64,000 nucleotides of DNA from Octopus vulgaris (Eukaryota), in assembly GCA_951406725.2 (NCBI GenBank), contig OX597815.1, forward strand, positions 99,820,001 through 99,884,000. Reading direction: 5' to 3'. The notes under the pieces were generated by a model. The model searched no databases, was not told the origin of the DNA, and was given only the letters and a program-made list of their open reading frames with translations. Position numbers and translations under genes: made by a program. Positions 13,470 through 26,959 of the stretch are shown in pieces (the first letter of the stretch is position 1; the number at the start of each line of letters is the position of its first letter).

Positions 13470-14574
13470 AACCTACATCCGCAGTGGACAGTAGTAGTCC
13501 TGAACGGCTAGGTCATATTACTATTCACCCTTAATGCCACTCCTGTCCCTTCTCACTTGCCAAAAGAATAAAAATAGCAAATAAAAAATATATAAATAAA
13601 TATCCAAATTAATATATATTTAAATACTACTTATTTATTTGAGAGAATGTCAATTTTTATTACAGTTTTTTATTCATTTAGTTTTATTAGTCTTATCTGC
13701 TGATAGTTTTGGTTATTATATATATTTAGTTAAACTAATGTTTATGTAATTTAACGGGGGTACGATTTACTATGTATCACCACATTGCAAGAAAAAGGTG
13801 TGACTTGCGTGGAGAAAATTTTCCACATCATGACATTCAAGCGCAAATGAGAGGGAAGGAAGATTTTGTTACCCACACACGATTAAATATACGTTTAATG
13901 AATTCAAATAAATTAAATTAAATAGGCACTATAGTGAATAAATATACGTCTAGTAAATCCAAATAAATATAATTGAATAGGAATTTGTGAATAAATCAAT
14001 AACTAGAACTAATGATATTAATCAAATAGAGGAAGATACATTGAACCCTTACAATCAGCTGATGTATCTAAATAAATGCATTAACAGTTATATTAAATAA
14101 ATGAGGGATAGAGAGCTTGTTATATTCATAAGGAAAATAAATAAATAAATAAATAAATAAATATATATATTTAATAAATTTTAAATAATAAATTATATTT
14201 CAATAAACCCTCCTTGTATAATAAAACTAAAGTAAACATAGAAACAAGTCTTAAAATGAAATTTACTCTCACCATTAACTAAGTATATATAATAACCCAA
14301 ACTATCAACAGATCAGACTAATGCACCTAATTTTTTTTAAAACTGTAATAAAAATTGAAATTATCTCGAATAAGTAGTAGTTAAATATATTGATTTGGAT
14401 ATTTAATAATATGTATTAATTATTTGTTAGTTTTGGTTCTTTTGGCAACTGAAAAGGGATAGGAGTGGTAGCCAGCTTCTTAAAAAAAGAAACCTAAATT
14501 CCATTAAGGGTGAATAGCAATATGATTTAGTCCTTCGGGACTACTACTAGCTATTGTCCACTGTGGTTGTAGTG
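13470..14574. mobile_element. Non-autonomous DNA transposon with long (~270 bp) diverged terminal inverted repeats
   Basis: 13473 ctacatccgcagtggaca...ctattcacccttaatg...ggttattatatatatttagtta is the reverse complement, with indels, of 14277-14574 taactaagtatatataataacc...cattaagggtgaatag...tgtccactgtggttgtagtg; AT-rich non-coding interior. Confidence 0.75.
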
Positions 14575-14622
14575 TAACTTCTTGCTATTTTTAAAAGGAA
14601 ATCCAAAGACACACATGCTCAC

Positions 14623-14662
<40 letters not shown>

Positions 14663-15533
14663 ACACACAAGCTGCAATTTCAGTGTGTAAGGAACTCTCC
14701 ATCCTGTAGGATGTAAAAGAATTCATGTCAATTTTGCCCGAAAGAGATTTTTACCTTTTCAATTCATAATGCAATTTAATTGTAAAATATGTATGACGGT
14801 AGGAATTGAGGGCTTTCATAAAAGCAATGCAAAAGTTGGATTATCATTTTATTCACTAACCTATATCGTTGAAACTGCACATGTTAAAATAATTCTTACT
14901 CTAATATTCAACATGTTTTTAATCATAAGCGATGCATTTGAACCATCGTTGAACCCAACTCTTTGAGAAAATGCAGAAGTTCTCTGCATTTGTTGTACTC
15001 ACTTCTTCATAGACCCTTTAAACTCGTTGGTTTTATAAGACCTTCTCATGAATCTCTTCATCATTGGACTGAACCAGTGAAACACGAAGGGAGCCAGATT
15101 CGTGGTTTACAGTAGATAGAGGGGAGATTCAGTGACTAGTTCAATTTGCCGAATGCCTGATTATCACAATTTTTCATTGTTGTATGAAGTAAAACGTCGT
15201 GAGAAATTCATTCACCATCCTCACATCTTGCCCGGAGTTCTAAAGACAGGTTCAACTGTTAAGTACACACTTTTAACTCTACTATACAACCTATGCAATT
15301 GGTGTGGAATACATAACGTTCATATAACTTTACAACAACAACGATGAATGCGCGTGGATATCTATGCATTAGCTGTTAAAAAAGAAAGATCTCAATACAT
15401 GAAATGCGGAGTAGTTTGTTTATTTCTGGTTACATTGTCGTACATAGATATTGATGTTTCGAATTTAGTGAATTCTTATATACGTTTATGGAAGTGTGTG
15501 TGCGTGGGCGCATGCGTTCGTGTATGTGTATGT

Positions 15534-15591
<58 letters not shown>

Positions 15592-16698
15592 ACATAATAG
15601 AGCTATTCGGAGAATAGTAGACTTGAGATAAAAAGAAATGAAGTGGAGAATTGAAATACTTACCATATAAATACGTTTGCGTTGTTTTATAAAGTATTAC
15701 ACAGTTTTCGATTAATGACATTCTGATAATGTCATCCATATCCGACCTTTACCTCATATCGCATAAAGGGGGAAAGAATGAATGGATAAATTTGTTAAAT
15801 GAAGAAGACTGTAGTAAAAAAAAAATTTAAATAAATAAAATAGAGGAATAAAAATCGAACGAAACAAACCAAGAAAGACAAATAGGAGGACAGAAAGACA
15901 GACCAAAAGACAGAAAGAAAGAAAAAAACGAAACAAAGAAACGAAAAACGACAGGAAGAGAAGGAAGGAAGATAGAAAGATTAAATGAAAGAAAGAAGGA
16001 AAGACGAAAAGAAAGAATTAATAGCAATTTCCGGTCAGATCTATCACGGCTTTCTCGAAGAAATCAATGTCAAACACTAAAAGACTACATTTTCACACAT
16101 TGGCACTTAAAACGAAGTTGTGTTTTTTTTTATGTATTTATGCTTTTTGCTTTGTTTTGTTTTGTTACGAGGATCAATGAAATTCTGATGACAAGCAGGT
16201 AATTATGGATAGAGCGGCCACTAATTGGTGGAGTCGCTTAATTAATCAGGTTTTAATTACAAAGAGGTTGCCAGCAATTGCAATCTTGCCAAGCTGAAGT
16301 CACTGCAACAAACTATACGTGGTGATACCATGAAAGACAAAGAGATGTGTGAGTTAAATGCTAACTATGTCTTTCGAGAACAGTTTCGCAATAACTAACA
16401 TTGCTTCCTAATGAATCTTACTGTGGTCTTCTGTGAAGGAAAGGGGGAAAGGGGGAAAAAAGGAAAGGCGGAATAAAGGAAGGAAGAACAGAGGGAACGA
16501 TGAATGAGAGAGGGGAAACGAAACTATTTTTTCAAAAAGAGAAAAAGAGGTATATAAGTAATGGAAACATAAAGTATGATACAAACAAATGATATATACA
16601 ACGTTTGAAGTGGAATTCCAGATACCAAAAACACTCACACATGCATACATAATACACACACAAACATACATACATACATACATACATACATACATACA

Positions 16699-16760
<62 letters not shown>

Positions 16761-17915
16761 TTTATATATATGCGTGGTTGTTTGTGGTGGTGTGTATTTG
16801 AGTATATAGCTTGTTTTTCTAGTTGTGTTAAGGCCGTTTGTGTGCGTTCATTCATAGGCATATATATCGATATGCGATACATATGCATATATATCTGTGC
16901 ATATCTAGATCTGTATCATTCCCTCTGTTTCTCTGTTTCATTCTCTATATATGTGTATGTTCTCAAGCGCGCACACGTGTATGTATGTATTTATGTAGGA
17001 ATGTATATAAACATTAAACGATATGTATACAAACTACAAATCTTTGCTAAATATGTTTATATTGCGACTGTTTCCAATGATTGCCTGTGATTATTGTAGC
17101 GTTTCATGTTGTTGTTATTGCTGTTAATTATGTTGATAATATTGACTGTGGTATGAAATGCGGTTAGTGCTAATAATGTATATAAAAAAAAACCCACTTT
17201 GCTTTTGATGATGTGGTTTGAGAAATGAAAGGGAAGTAGTAGGAGGAAAGGAGGACACTGATAAAATTAACGATGATGACGTTGATAAGGATGATGATAA
17301 TGATATTGTACTGGTTGTTGATGATGATGATGATGATGATGATGAACATTTTCATCATCACCATCATCGATATTAGATTGATGATACCAACTATTAGCGG
17401 CGTTATTAATCACAGTATCTCTAACTATGATGCTTCAACAATATGTCCTTATAAATCTTACTTTCAGTTTGACTACACTACTTACAAACAGTAAATATGA
17501 AATATGCTGTGCCGCTCTGAAATGCGGCGTGCTCCTATGACTCTGGTTAGAGAACGCATGGAACTGATTTGATGCGTTTACACTTGTTTGTCTACAACAT
17601 GAAATTTTCTTCGTGACAAAATACAATGATTCGCCTTCATACGGCTTATATTTGAACTGGTTACAAGTTTTTTTTATTTATACACATCACTGTTTAGTGC
17701 TTCTATACCGTGCAGATATGTGTGTGTTTGCGTGTGTGTGTGTGTTTGTGTTAGTATGTATCCTGAACTAACGTACAGATATACTAATATATATCCATGG
17801 CTTTTTACAGCTTAATCAATAACATTAAAATCCAAGACGTTACTGCAATGCAATAAATATTGGTGAAATAAACTTGATTGTATTGGGTTGGCAAACCTCA
17901 ATCCTTGCTCCTTAG

Positions 17916-18011
<96 letters not shown>

Positions 18012-18013
18012 TA

Positions 18014-19099
18014 TTGGGTTGGCAACTAAGTTCCCGGCGTTTTTTTTAATTTTTGGAATGTATTGCGTTTTTAAATTTTGGAATCTATTTTTTTAGAGAC
18101 TTTTATTTTTTAATCATTTTGGAACCAATTTTGTTTTGTTTTTTTTCTAGGTAATTTTAGTTCATTTTTGTTTATTTTCAAATCAATAAAATGGAATGTC
18201 AAGTTAAGAAAAACGAGCATTTTCGATACCTCCTTTTTGCTTTCAATCAAGGCTCTAAGGCCGCAAAAGCTGCTCGCGACATCTGTGCTGTGTATGGAGA
18301 GGGTGCCATAGCTGAAAGAACCGCTCGTGATTAGTATGCCAAGATCAAAAATGGAAATTTTGACCTCAAAAACGCATATCGTTCTGGCCGTCCAGTTGAG
18401 TTCGATGAAGAGCGATTAAACCAAGTTTTGCACGAAAATTCTCGTCAAACGAAACGGAAACTGGCAGAGAAAATGGAATGCTCACACTCTGCTATAGAGA
18501 AGCATCTTTACTCGATGGGAAAGTTTCAGAAGTATGGAGCATGGGTTCTGCATGCATTAAGTGACAACAACAAAAATCAACGAGCCACAAACCCCGCTGG
18601 TTTGCTTGCTCGTCAACGTTCATATCATGGACACAAGCAACGATTTCTTTACCGAATTGTTACTGGCGACGAAAATGGTGCCTGTACATCAATACGAAGC
18701 AGCTTAAGTCATGGCTTAGCCCCGGTAAACAAGCGAAACCGCGCGTGAAACAAGATCTTCATCCGCATAACACGATGTTGTGCGTATGGTGGGACTAGGA
18801 AGGGATTATCCATTACGAATTGCTTGAACGAAACCAAACAGTCAACGCGGAACTCTATGTTCATCAGATGAAATGACTCAACACGACTCAACAGAATTGA
18901 GCGCTTGGTTGGATCAATTTTTCGAGACGAAATCGGGTGATTTCTACCAACGAGGTATTGAATATCATGTTGAACGTTGGAAAAAAGTTGTAAACAACAA
19001 GGGCGAATACATTATAGATTAATTAGTTGTTATTTTTTATTAAACCTTTCAAAATATTTTAATTAAAAAAAAACGGTGGGAACTTAGTTGCCAACCCAA
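18014..19099 (+). mobile_element. Mariner transposon (mellifera-subfamily-like), defective, internally deleted
   Basis: TA-flanked TIRs ttgggttggcaactaagttccc / gggaacttagttgccaacccaa; transposase from ATG 18191 (MECQVKKNEHFR...RSGRP...WVLHAL...RIVTGDE) with stops and frameshifts; second D and YSPDLAP region missing. Confidence 0.95.
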
Positions 19100-20410
19100 T
19101 ATATGCAGAGTTGGTTATTTAAGCAACATAGCCAGAGCATAGAAAAGCAGAAGGATACACTTCACACTCTGATTCCTATTTCAGTTTTTCTGTACAGCTG
19201 CTTCAATAGAGTAAAATCAATCATTTCTTTCATTATCTAATTAATATACATAATTCATTAAACGTGATGAGTTTCTCATTTCTGATCATTTAAAAAGTAT
19301 GTTAACTATGGAATAGCTGTAAAGAAGAATTAAATTGTGATCCATATGTGCTTCTCTGATTTTCCTGTTCTAATTACACACACACACAAACTCACGCATT
19401 CGAACACATACATGTGTGTGTGTGTGTGTGTGTGTGTTGTGTGTGTGTGTGTGTGTTCGTGTGTGTGTGTGTGTGTGTGTGTGTATTCTCAAATACATAG
19501 GAGTGATATATGTGAGGAAATAATCCCTACAAGATTTCAACTTGTTTTCTTGAAGTATTATTGTGTGAGAGTACTCACCAAATAATTATAACTACTTACA
19601 AATTTCTCAGGTTTTCCAAATACACACACACATACATATGCAGTGTTCAAAACAGATACTAAGTGCTCAATAAAATAAATGTAGATCTTATCCATTCGTA
19701 AGACGCCCCCGTTCCATTCGTTCGCCATTCAACGACGCTCACTACATAGGAACGCTGGGAAGACAAAATGAATATTAACATTTTCTTCCCTACCTCCATC
19801 GTCACTGCCACCACCATCATTATCGCTTCTAAAATCTCAAGCAAAATCCTTTAAATCTATATCTTTCTTGACCATATTACATCTCGTCTTTCAGTCTCTC
19901 TCCCTCTCCCCCCTCTCTCTCTCTCTTGTATATATTGCCAACATTACTGTACTTTTGTTGATATGAGCGGAAAGGAACGAGCGAATGTGTGTCTGAATAA
20001 AAGCTTTCGCAACAGTATTCCCATACAACTTGAAATGGTGGCCCTATTGCTCATTTATTTCCTTCCAGCACTTTTATTTTTTATGTTATTATACATATAT
20101 ATATTGTAAGCAGATCGTCGTAAATTTACCGCCTATTCTCTTTTTAAAAGACTCCTTTATCAGTCTGTTCTTTCTTTAGTTAGTGGAACGCGATAGCCGC
20201 GATCGCTGCGATTAACCAGTGACTTGCTATTATAGATTCTAAATAGAAGCTGTCCAAATAACTGTAGCTCTAAGCCATTTCCATAGAAAACGTTTGTCAT
20301 AGCTTGCCAACCACGGCCAGGAAGTAGCAACTAGCACTCCCTTTCTGTTTGCGTATTTTTCATAGCATTTTCTCAGCATCATCTTATAAACCGAACAGTC
20401 TATCTGTCTG

Positions 20411-20483
<73 letters not shown>

Positions 20484-21483
20484 TTAGATAGATAGATAGA
20501 TACATACATACATACATACATACATACATACATACATACATACATACATACATACATACATACACTTATATTATATATGATTATATGTATAAATATGTGT
20601 GTGCATATATATATACATATATATATATGCATATGTGTGTGTTTATGTACGTATGTATGTATGTATGTATTGTATGTATGTATGTATGTATGTATGTATG
20701 TATGTATGTATGTATGTATGTATGTATGTATGCATGCACGTGTGTGTATTACTTTCATTGAAACTGCCTTCTCTTCCACATTCTGTATTTTGCAGTCCTG
20801 ACCTCTCTCACTCTTCCCTCTCTACCCCTCTCTCTCTCCTCTCTCTCCCCTCTCTCTCTCTCTCCTCTCTATCTCCTCTTTCTCCCCTTCTCTCTCTGCC
20901 CTCCCTCTCTCTCTCATTCTCTCCCTTTATATATATCTTTGTCCCTCTCATTTCTCGGTATTTCTTTACCTTATACAGTATTTTAGTTTCACTCTTCATT
21001 TCTGTCTTGCTCCCCTCCTCTGTATCGCTGTCCTTTTTGTTTTATACACTTCCCTCAGCTCTCGCTATTTCTATCTATCTTCTCTTTCTGTTTTGTTTTT
21101 CATTTCTTTCTTTCTTTTGCCTTTGTTTCTATCTAGATCTTTCCAGGAAACCACTGCACATGCACCCATGCACACATCACAAGCTTTCTCAAACTTGCAT
21201 AAATACAAACATTAACACATACATAATCAGAAGCATACGAACACAGACACTAGTCTTGATTACTCACATACGGAGACATAAATGTATCCTGTACATCACA
21301 CGATAAACAGTCATGCACACTACATCAAAACATATACATATGCTTATGTTAGTAACTACATACAAACCCAAGTACATGCATGCGTACAAAAATATACACA
21401 AACACGTATTGTATCGTTTACACATACAGATTAGACAGAGAAAGAGAGAGAGAGAGAAAGAGAGAGAGAGCGAGAGAGGGACT

Positions 21484-21540
<57 letters not shown>

Positions 21541-22141
21541 GAAGCGAGGGGGAGGGGGAGGGAAGTAGATAGATAGATAGAGAGACAGACAGACAGACAG
21601 ACATACAGAGACAAGGAGAAAGAGAGATTGATTGATTTATTGATCGATACATGCATACATACGTATGTATACATAGATGCATACATATATATTTATACAT
21701 ACATACATATAATACACACACGCATAATCATACGTGTGTGCGTGTGTGTGTGCATGTGTGTACAGACTTACAGGCAATTACATGCGCCTTGGTATTTATT
21801 CTCATAAGAACATGCACACACACACAAGTAGATACACACCTAAACTAACACTTACATACACACACACACACGGAAGCATACACAAACATATACATAGACG
21901 CACCCACGCTCACAGACACACACACACTCAAGCATACGCCAACGCACACATGCGCATGCATACAAACACACCTATGCGCATACGCACACCCACGCACTTC
22001 TCCATTCCATATGTACCCTTACACAATGACAAGACCCTAAGGGCAATCCTACTCTTTATCAACATTTGAAAGTTGCTCATAATGGCGCTGCTTTCGACAT
22101 CTACTCCAATAACCCCTGTATAATGTCATCCAGCTATTTTT

Positions 22142-22186
<45 letters not shown>

Positions 22187-22369
22187 ATATTCGCCATTAT
22201 TACTCTTCTAATATAATATAATACAATAAAAATGTTTCTTTCACAGAGATCCTCCTTTAAATTACAATGTTTGTGGTTGAGAATGGTTGATTGCGTCGGA
22301 GCGTAAGAGTTTGCTCATATGGAAATAGAAGGAAATTGTATGTGTTGTTGCTAGATATGTTGTTAATGG

Positions 22370-24150
22370 TTGCTCTTGTTTTTAGTTTTAGTTCGAGATC
22401 AGCGCTGATAGAACAGACCTATGATAGGAGGCAAATCAGCGGTGACCATCCCGGCTTTTTCTTATGAGCAATGAACCTTAAATCACATTATCCAATTCCC
22501 ATCATTAAGACTATAGGGTGTAATTAGTAAGTGATGTATGATTTCGAATTGCTAGAGTCGTAGCAGAGCTGGATAAAGTGCTATGTATTTCCACGCTTGA
22601 TTCTTTGAGTTCGAATAGTGCCGAAGTCAACTTTTCTCTTCATCTTTCCGGGTACCAAAAAATAATTAGGTGCTAGTCAAATACTTGTGGTCAATACGAT
22701 TGACTCACCCTCCCCAAAATGTGAACCATTTTACACATCTAAGGTCTCAATTTCAAGGATATTTGACTACTATTTCTAGCAGAATGGCCGACTACTTTGA
22801 GACACCCTTGTTGCATACTAGTTTCTTGTTAGTAGAGTTGGAGTTGTTTAGCCTCATGTCAGATAATGTCAATTAGATATATGATTCCAGCGGTGACCAC
22901 ACCATGTTTTTCTTAAGTACAAAAATCAAATCTCCGTAATACAGCGTGACTAATTTTCCAGAGAATATGGTGAAATTTGATGGAGAATTGATTGTAATTT
23001 TTAATAGAGTTTACGACCACGTAGCGGATGCCTCGTTGAGCGCTCATTTATTGTTAGCAGCGGAAGCTTAGAGGTCTTGATACAACCCCAGGTCACTTCA
23101 AATCAAACACAATTTAACACCAAAGACATGTCAAAAGTGAGCCTCCTGTCTTTTATCTATTGCCACATTAATCAATATGTTCTTTTTTTAAGATGATAAG
23201 GGAATATTTAGCTGCTATTTCTAGCAGAGCTAGCGACCAGATGGGGGAGTCCGTTGTGCTTTGCTACTGTTGTTGGTAGCGATGGGTTGTTATTGTTGTT
23301 ATTTCTGGTGCACTTGTATTCAACAAGACAACTGTCAACGGACTTGACCACTTCGTTGTTTAGGAGGGATGTAAAATTAAACCCTATAATGACCGATGAC
23401 GCGTGATTAGGCGGATTCGGCTCAAGATCGTAAGGTAGTAAGTTCGCCAGTCCATTCAGCTTGCAAAAATGTGCTGTAACTGTATTGCAATGGCCCAGCC
23501 AGCCTTGTCATTTTCTGTCTCACGCTGGATCTCCCTGAAAACTACGTTAAAGGTACGCATGTATGGGAAGTACTCAGCCACTTGCGCATTAATCTCATGA
23601 GCAGGCTGTTCCGTTGGTCGGAACAACTGGAAACCTCATCGTCGCAACCGATGTAGTGCCAGAAAGAGTCTTTTCATTACAGTTGACAGTTGACTGTAAT
23701 ATGTGGGTGACTTAGTTGCTATTTCTAGCGAGGCGAGCGAACGCGTAGTGACTTTTATCTTTCGTTACGTTGGAGTAGAACGATTAAATCATACAGAGAT
23801 TCAGTGGTATTGTCGTTGCTATTGTTGTTGTTTCTGAACCTAGATGAACCCAGATTGAAGCTTATGTTCAAAAGTTTCCCAGCCGTGACCATCTCGTCAT
23901 ACTTTCAAATAGTACGTCAAGGACTACATTATATAATGTGTTCTTCCTTGTTTAAAGTGGTAAGGTATAATTTAAGAAGGATTTAACTTCTATTTCTTGC
24001 ATATCGAGAATCTGTCATTGAATCATGAGATATGTGATTGGGTGTTTGTTGTTGATGTTAGTGGTAGTGTTGTTTAGTAACGGATTAACCTTGATACAGG
24101 AAACCTATAAGTAAGGTAGCACTAGCTGGGAACGTTCTATTTTTACTTTC
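22370..24150 (+). repeat. Cluster of about five decayed copies of interspersed repeat family B (gtttagccccaggtc...cagccgtgaccatc...gctgctatttctagca), interleaved with SINEs
   Basis: Recurrent motifs ccagc(c/g)gtgaccatc at about 22438, 22887 and 23880, and gctatttctagc at about 22770, 23214 and 23718. Confidence 0.65.
23398..23662 (+). mobile_element. tRNA-derived SINE family C, internally deleted copy
   Basis: Aligns with the minus-strand copy at 48632-48921 (ccagtcca.tcagct...caactg...gtcg.aaccga.g..gtgcca). Confidence 0.7.
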
Positions 24151-24535
24151 ATATCTTGACAAGGTTGTCTCCTTTTATATACACGCACACATACACACAC
24201 AGACAAATACATAAATGTCATTTGTACTTAGTTAATTTTATGTTCATGTGTGCGTGTGGATGTGTGTATGTGTATCTGTGTATGTATCTGTGCGCTAGCA
24301 CGCGTATGTTTGAGAGAGAGAGAGAAAGGGAGAGACAAACAGACAGAGATAGAGGAAGAGACAGACAGAGGCGTGACACAAACTTACAGACAGAGACAGA
24401 TACAGGGAGAGACGGAAAAAGGGTGCAAAACTTTTGTCCAGGAATATCCCCATTAGCGACAATTAATATGAAAGCAATATCTTAACCCCACTCCCCCATT
24501 TTTGATAAATCCGATTCGTTTGCAAGCTCTGTGTT

Positions 24536-24684
24536 TGACGCCACTAACAGTTAATCTACCTTCATTCGTTGGAGAAAGACATGCACTCTATGTGACGTCA
24601 CTACCAGCTGACGGCCTATGGCAGAGATATGGAGGAAACGGTCGAATTTGTCTTTTTGACGTCAATACTGTAGTGCACTACAGT
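24536..24684. promoter_or_regulatory. Cluster of CRE/ATF sites plus an 18-bp palindrome (candidate enhancer)
   Basis: Full TGACGTCA at 24593-24600 and 24657-24664, half sites TGACG at 24536 and 24609, palindrome actgtagtgcactacagt at 24667-24684. Confidence 0.4.
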
Positions 24685-26168
24685 CAGCAAATCATATTAT
24701 TCCACAGATAATCTACTTCCCAACATTTTCTTCATTACTGTGTATAATAATTACACGTAGTCTTTCCTGATGAATAGAATATGTTCCGCTGGAGAGATGT
24801 AATAAGACTGAAACGTACACATTGCCTTCATTACTGGGCTGGAGACGATATCTACTTACAAATTGTATTTTCTATATTTCCTAAACACTTAAAATACTTT
24901 TGAGGGAGGTGTTTCTACTAATTGCATGGATAATCAAAGTCAAAATATTTCAAACTTATTAGATAACTCATGTGAGACCCTACAGTATGAAATACAGTTT
25001 TGTATTTAATATAAAGACACACCCTTAAGATATTTTCCGCTCGGCCATATTGTTGATATTCATAGCGTGTGTGTGTTGCAAACAGAATAGAACATTTCAC
25101 CGAGGCCTAATAAGGCCATAATATTTTCGCTGCGTTCACCAAACATCAGACTCAAATACTAGATTCTTTCAAATTACTGCATCTTTCTATTTTGACCAAA
25201 CATTTGAATGATGTCCTTTTATCAATGCTAACTCTCTCGCTTGCTGTTGTTAGATTCAAAGCTCCCCACCCTACCGAGGATTTCTATATATTAATTACAT
25301 ATATAATCTCAGTTAATCGAAGTTGTTCAATTTCTTAGGTTACATTATGTAGGAACATACCGTCTTATAACTCGTATCTAGAAAAAGGTAATTTAGCAAA
25401 ACCCGATTAGCCTGCTGCGCCATTTCAATATAATTCTGAGTTCAATGTACCAATTACATTCCTGTTGAACTAATAAAAGAAGCAACCTAATATAGTGACA
25501 AGATTCTATTCACTATTAGAAATGGTTATATTTTTCTTGATTCTTGACATACATTATTTAATTTTTGATATGTCCACAGTCCAAGCGACAGCATCAGGTT
25601 TTCTTTAATTTCTCATTTGCATGCGAAGGCCAAAACTTGAAATAGGTTGTTTTCTCCTCAATCCAATGGAAGGATAGAGCTCTCCTATGAGATTTCAAAC
25701 CAGCACATCCAGTCAGTGGCATCCTTGGGTTTCGGATTTTACACAACAATTGTGAACAGCTAGAGTTAGATGTGAAAAGCAATCAACTCGCTAAAAGTGG
25801 GACCCAAGTATATCTGATTCACAGACACAAACATACACATGCACGCGCACACGTAGGCATGAACACTCATACACGCACATCCACATAAATACATTAGATT
25901 CACTACGAATTTCTCAGCGTTGCTTCCTAAATCCCAGATGTCGAAGAAATGGTTATCTTTCAAGAACCAGGTGGTAGATCAATAATAGTGTTAGACAAGA
26001 AAATGAGTCATTTTGATTATGTGGTAAGTTTGGTAACTCCTCTGTTCCGATAAATTTTGTATGGTCAGACAGATTCAGGCGACATTCCTACAGACTTTCT
26101 GTTCACTAATTTTAATACGGGACTTACATGGTATTTTATGCACACAAAGACCTTTGGTGAGTATAAAG

Positions 26169-26241
26169 CAGTGGTTCTCAACCTGGGATCTGTGGACCCC
26201 AGCGTTTCTGCAAAGTTAGTACTGGAGGTCCGTGAACTAAC

Positions 26242-26294
<53 letters not shown>

Positions 26295-26592
26295 TTATAT
26301 ATAAAAATAATTGAGATTCAGTTGAATTAGGTACTTAAGTTAAAGCACCAAGTCAATCCGGTATTATGTGCAGAGTTCGAAGTAAGGCGAATAAAATCAA
26401 AATAAGCAACAGGATATCAAGGGGTGATGCAGAACGACCGTTTCAAACGGCACCATTTAACTGAACAATGCAATCAATTTAAATGCAGAGCTGTCAAAGC
26501 TGCAGAATTAAATAGAATTGTAATGAGTTGGATCGCTTGAAACGGTCGTACTGCATCACTTCTTGATATCTTGTTGCTTATTTTGATTAGAT

Positions 26593-26656
<64 letters not shown>

Positions 26657-26959
26657 CATGATAGATCGTTAGCCACTACACACATTTTTTCTCTCCTTGT
26701 TTTTTCTGTGTCCCTTTCTGTAGAAGAGCGTAGGCTCGAAACGTAAAAGACTTTTTCTATTCCTGAGCGTTATACTAATACATCTGTTTGTTTTGTACAC
26801 CACCTGTCTTCGTATTTTGTTTTTTTCGTAAACTCTCCCTATATATATATATATATATATAAGGATAAATATATTAAAAGGGGTCCGTGGAAAACTCATT
26901 TACATAAAAGAGTTGAGAATTACTGTTGGGAACCAATGTGAAAAGTTTGGAGACCGCTG
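26169..26959. mobile_element. hAT (Charlie-like) MITE carrying nested insertions
   Basis: TIRs cagtggttctcaac / gtttggagaccgctg; 8-bp target duplication gtataaag (26161-26168) / gtatagag (26960-26967). Confidence 0.8.
26714..26749 (+). ncRNA. Degenerate minimal hammerhead motif in a ~185-bp (TA)n-flanked element (26655-26840), same family as the 6350 copy
   Basis: cttt-CTGTAGA-A-GAGC(GTAG)GCTC-GAAA-CG-T-A-aaag followed by the shared ttcctgagcgt motif. Confidence 0.6.
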
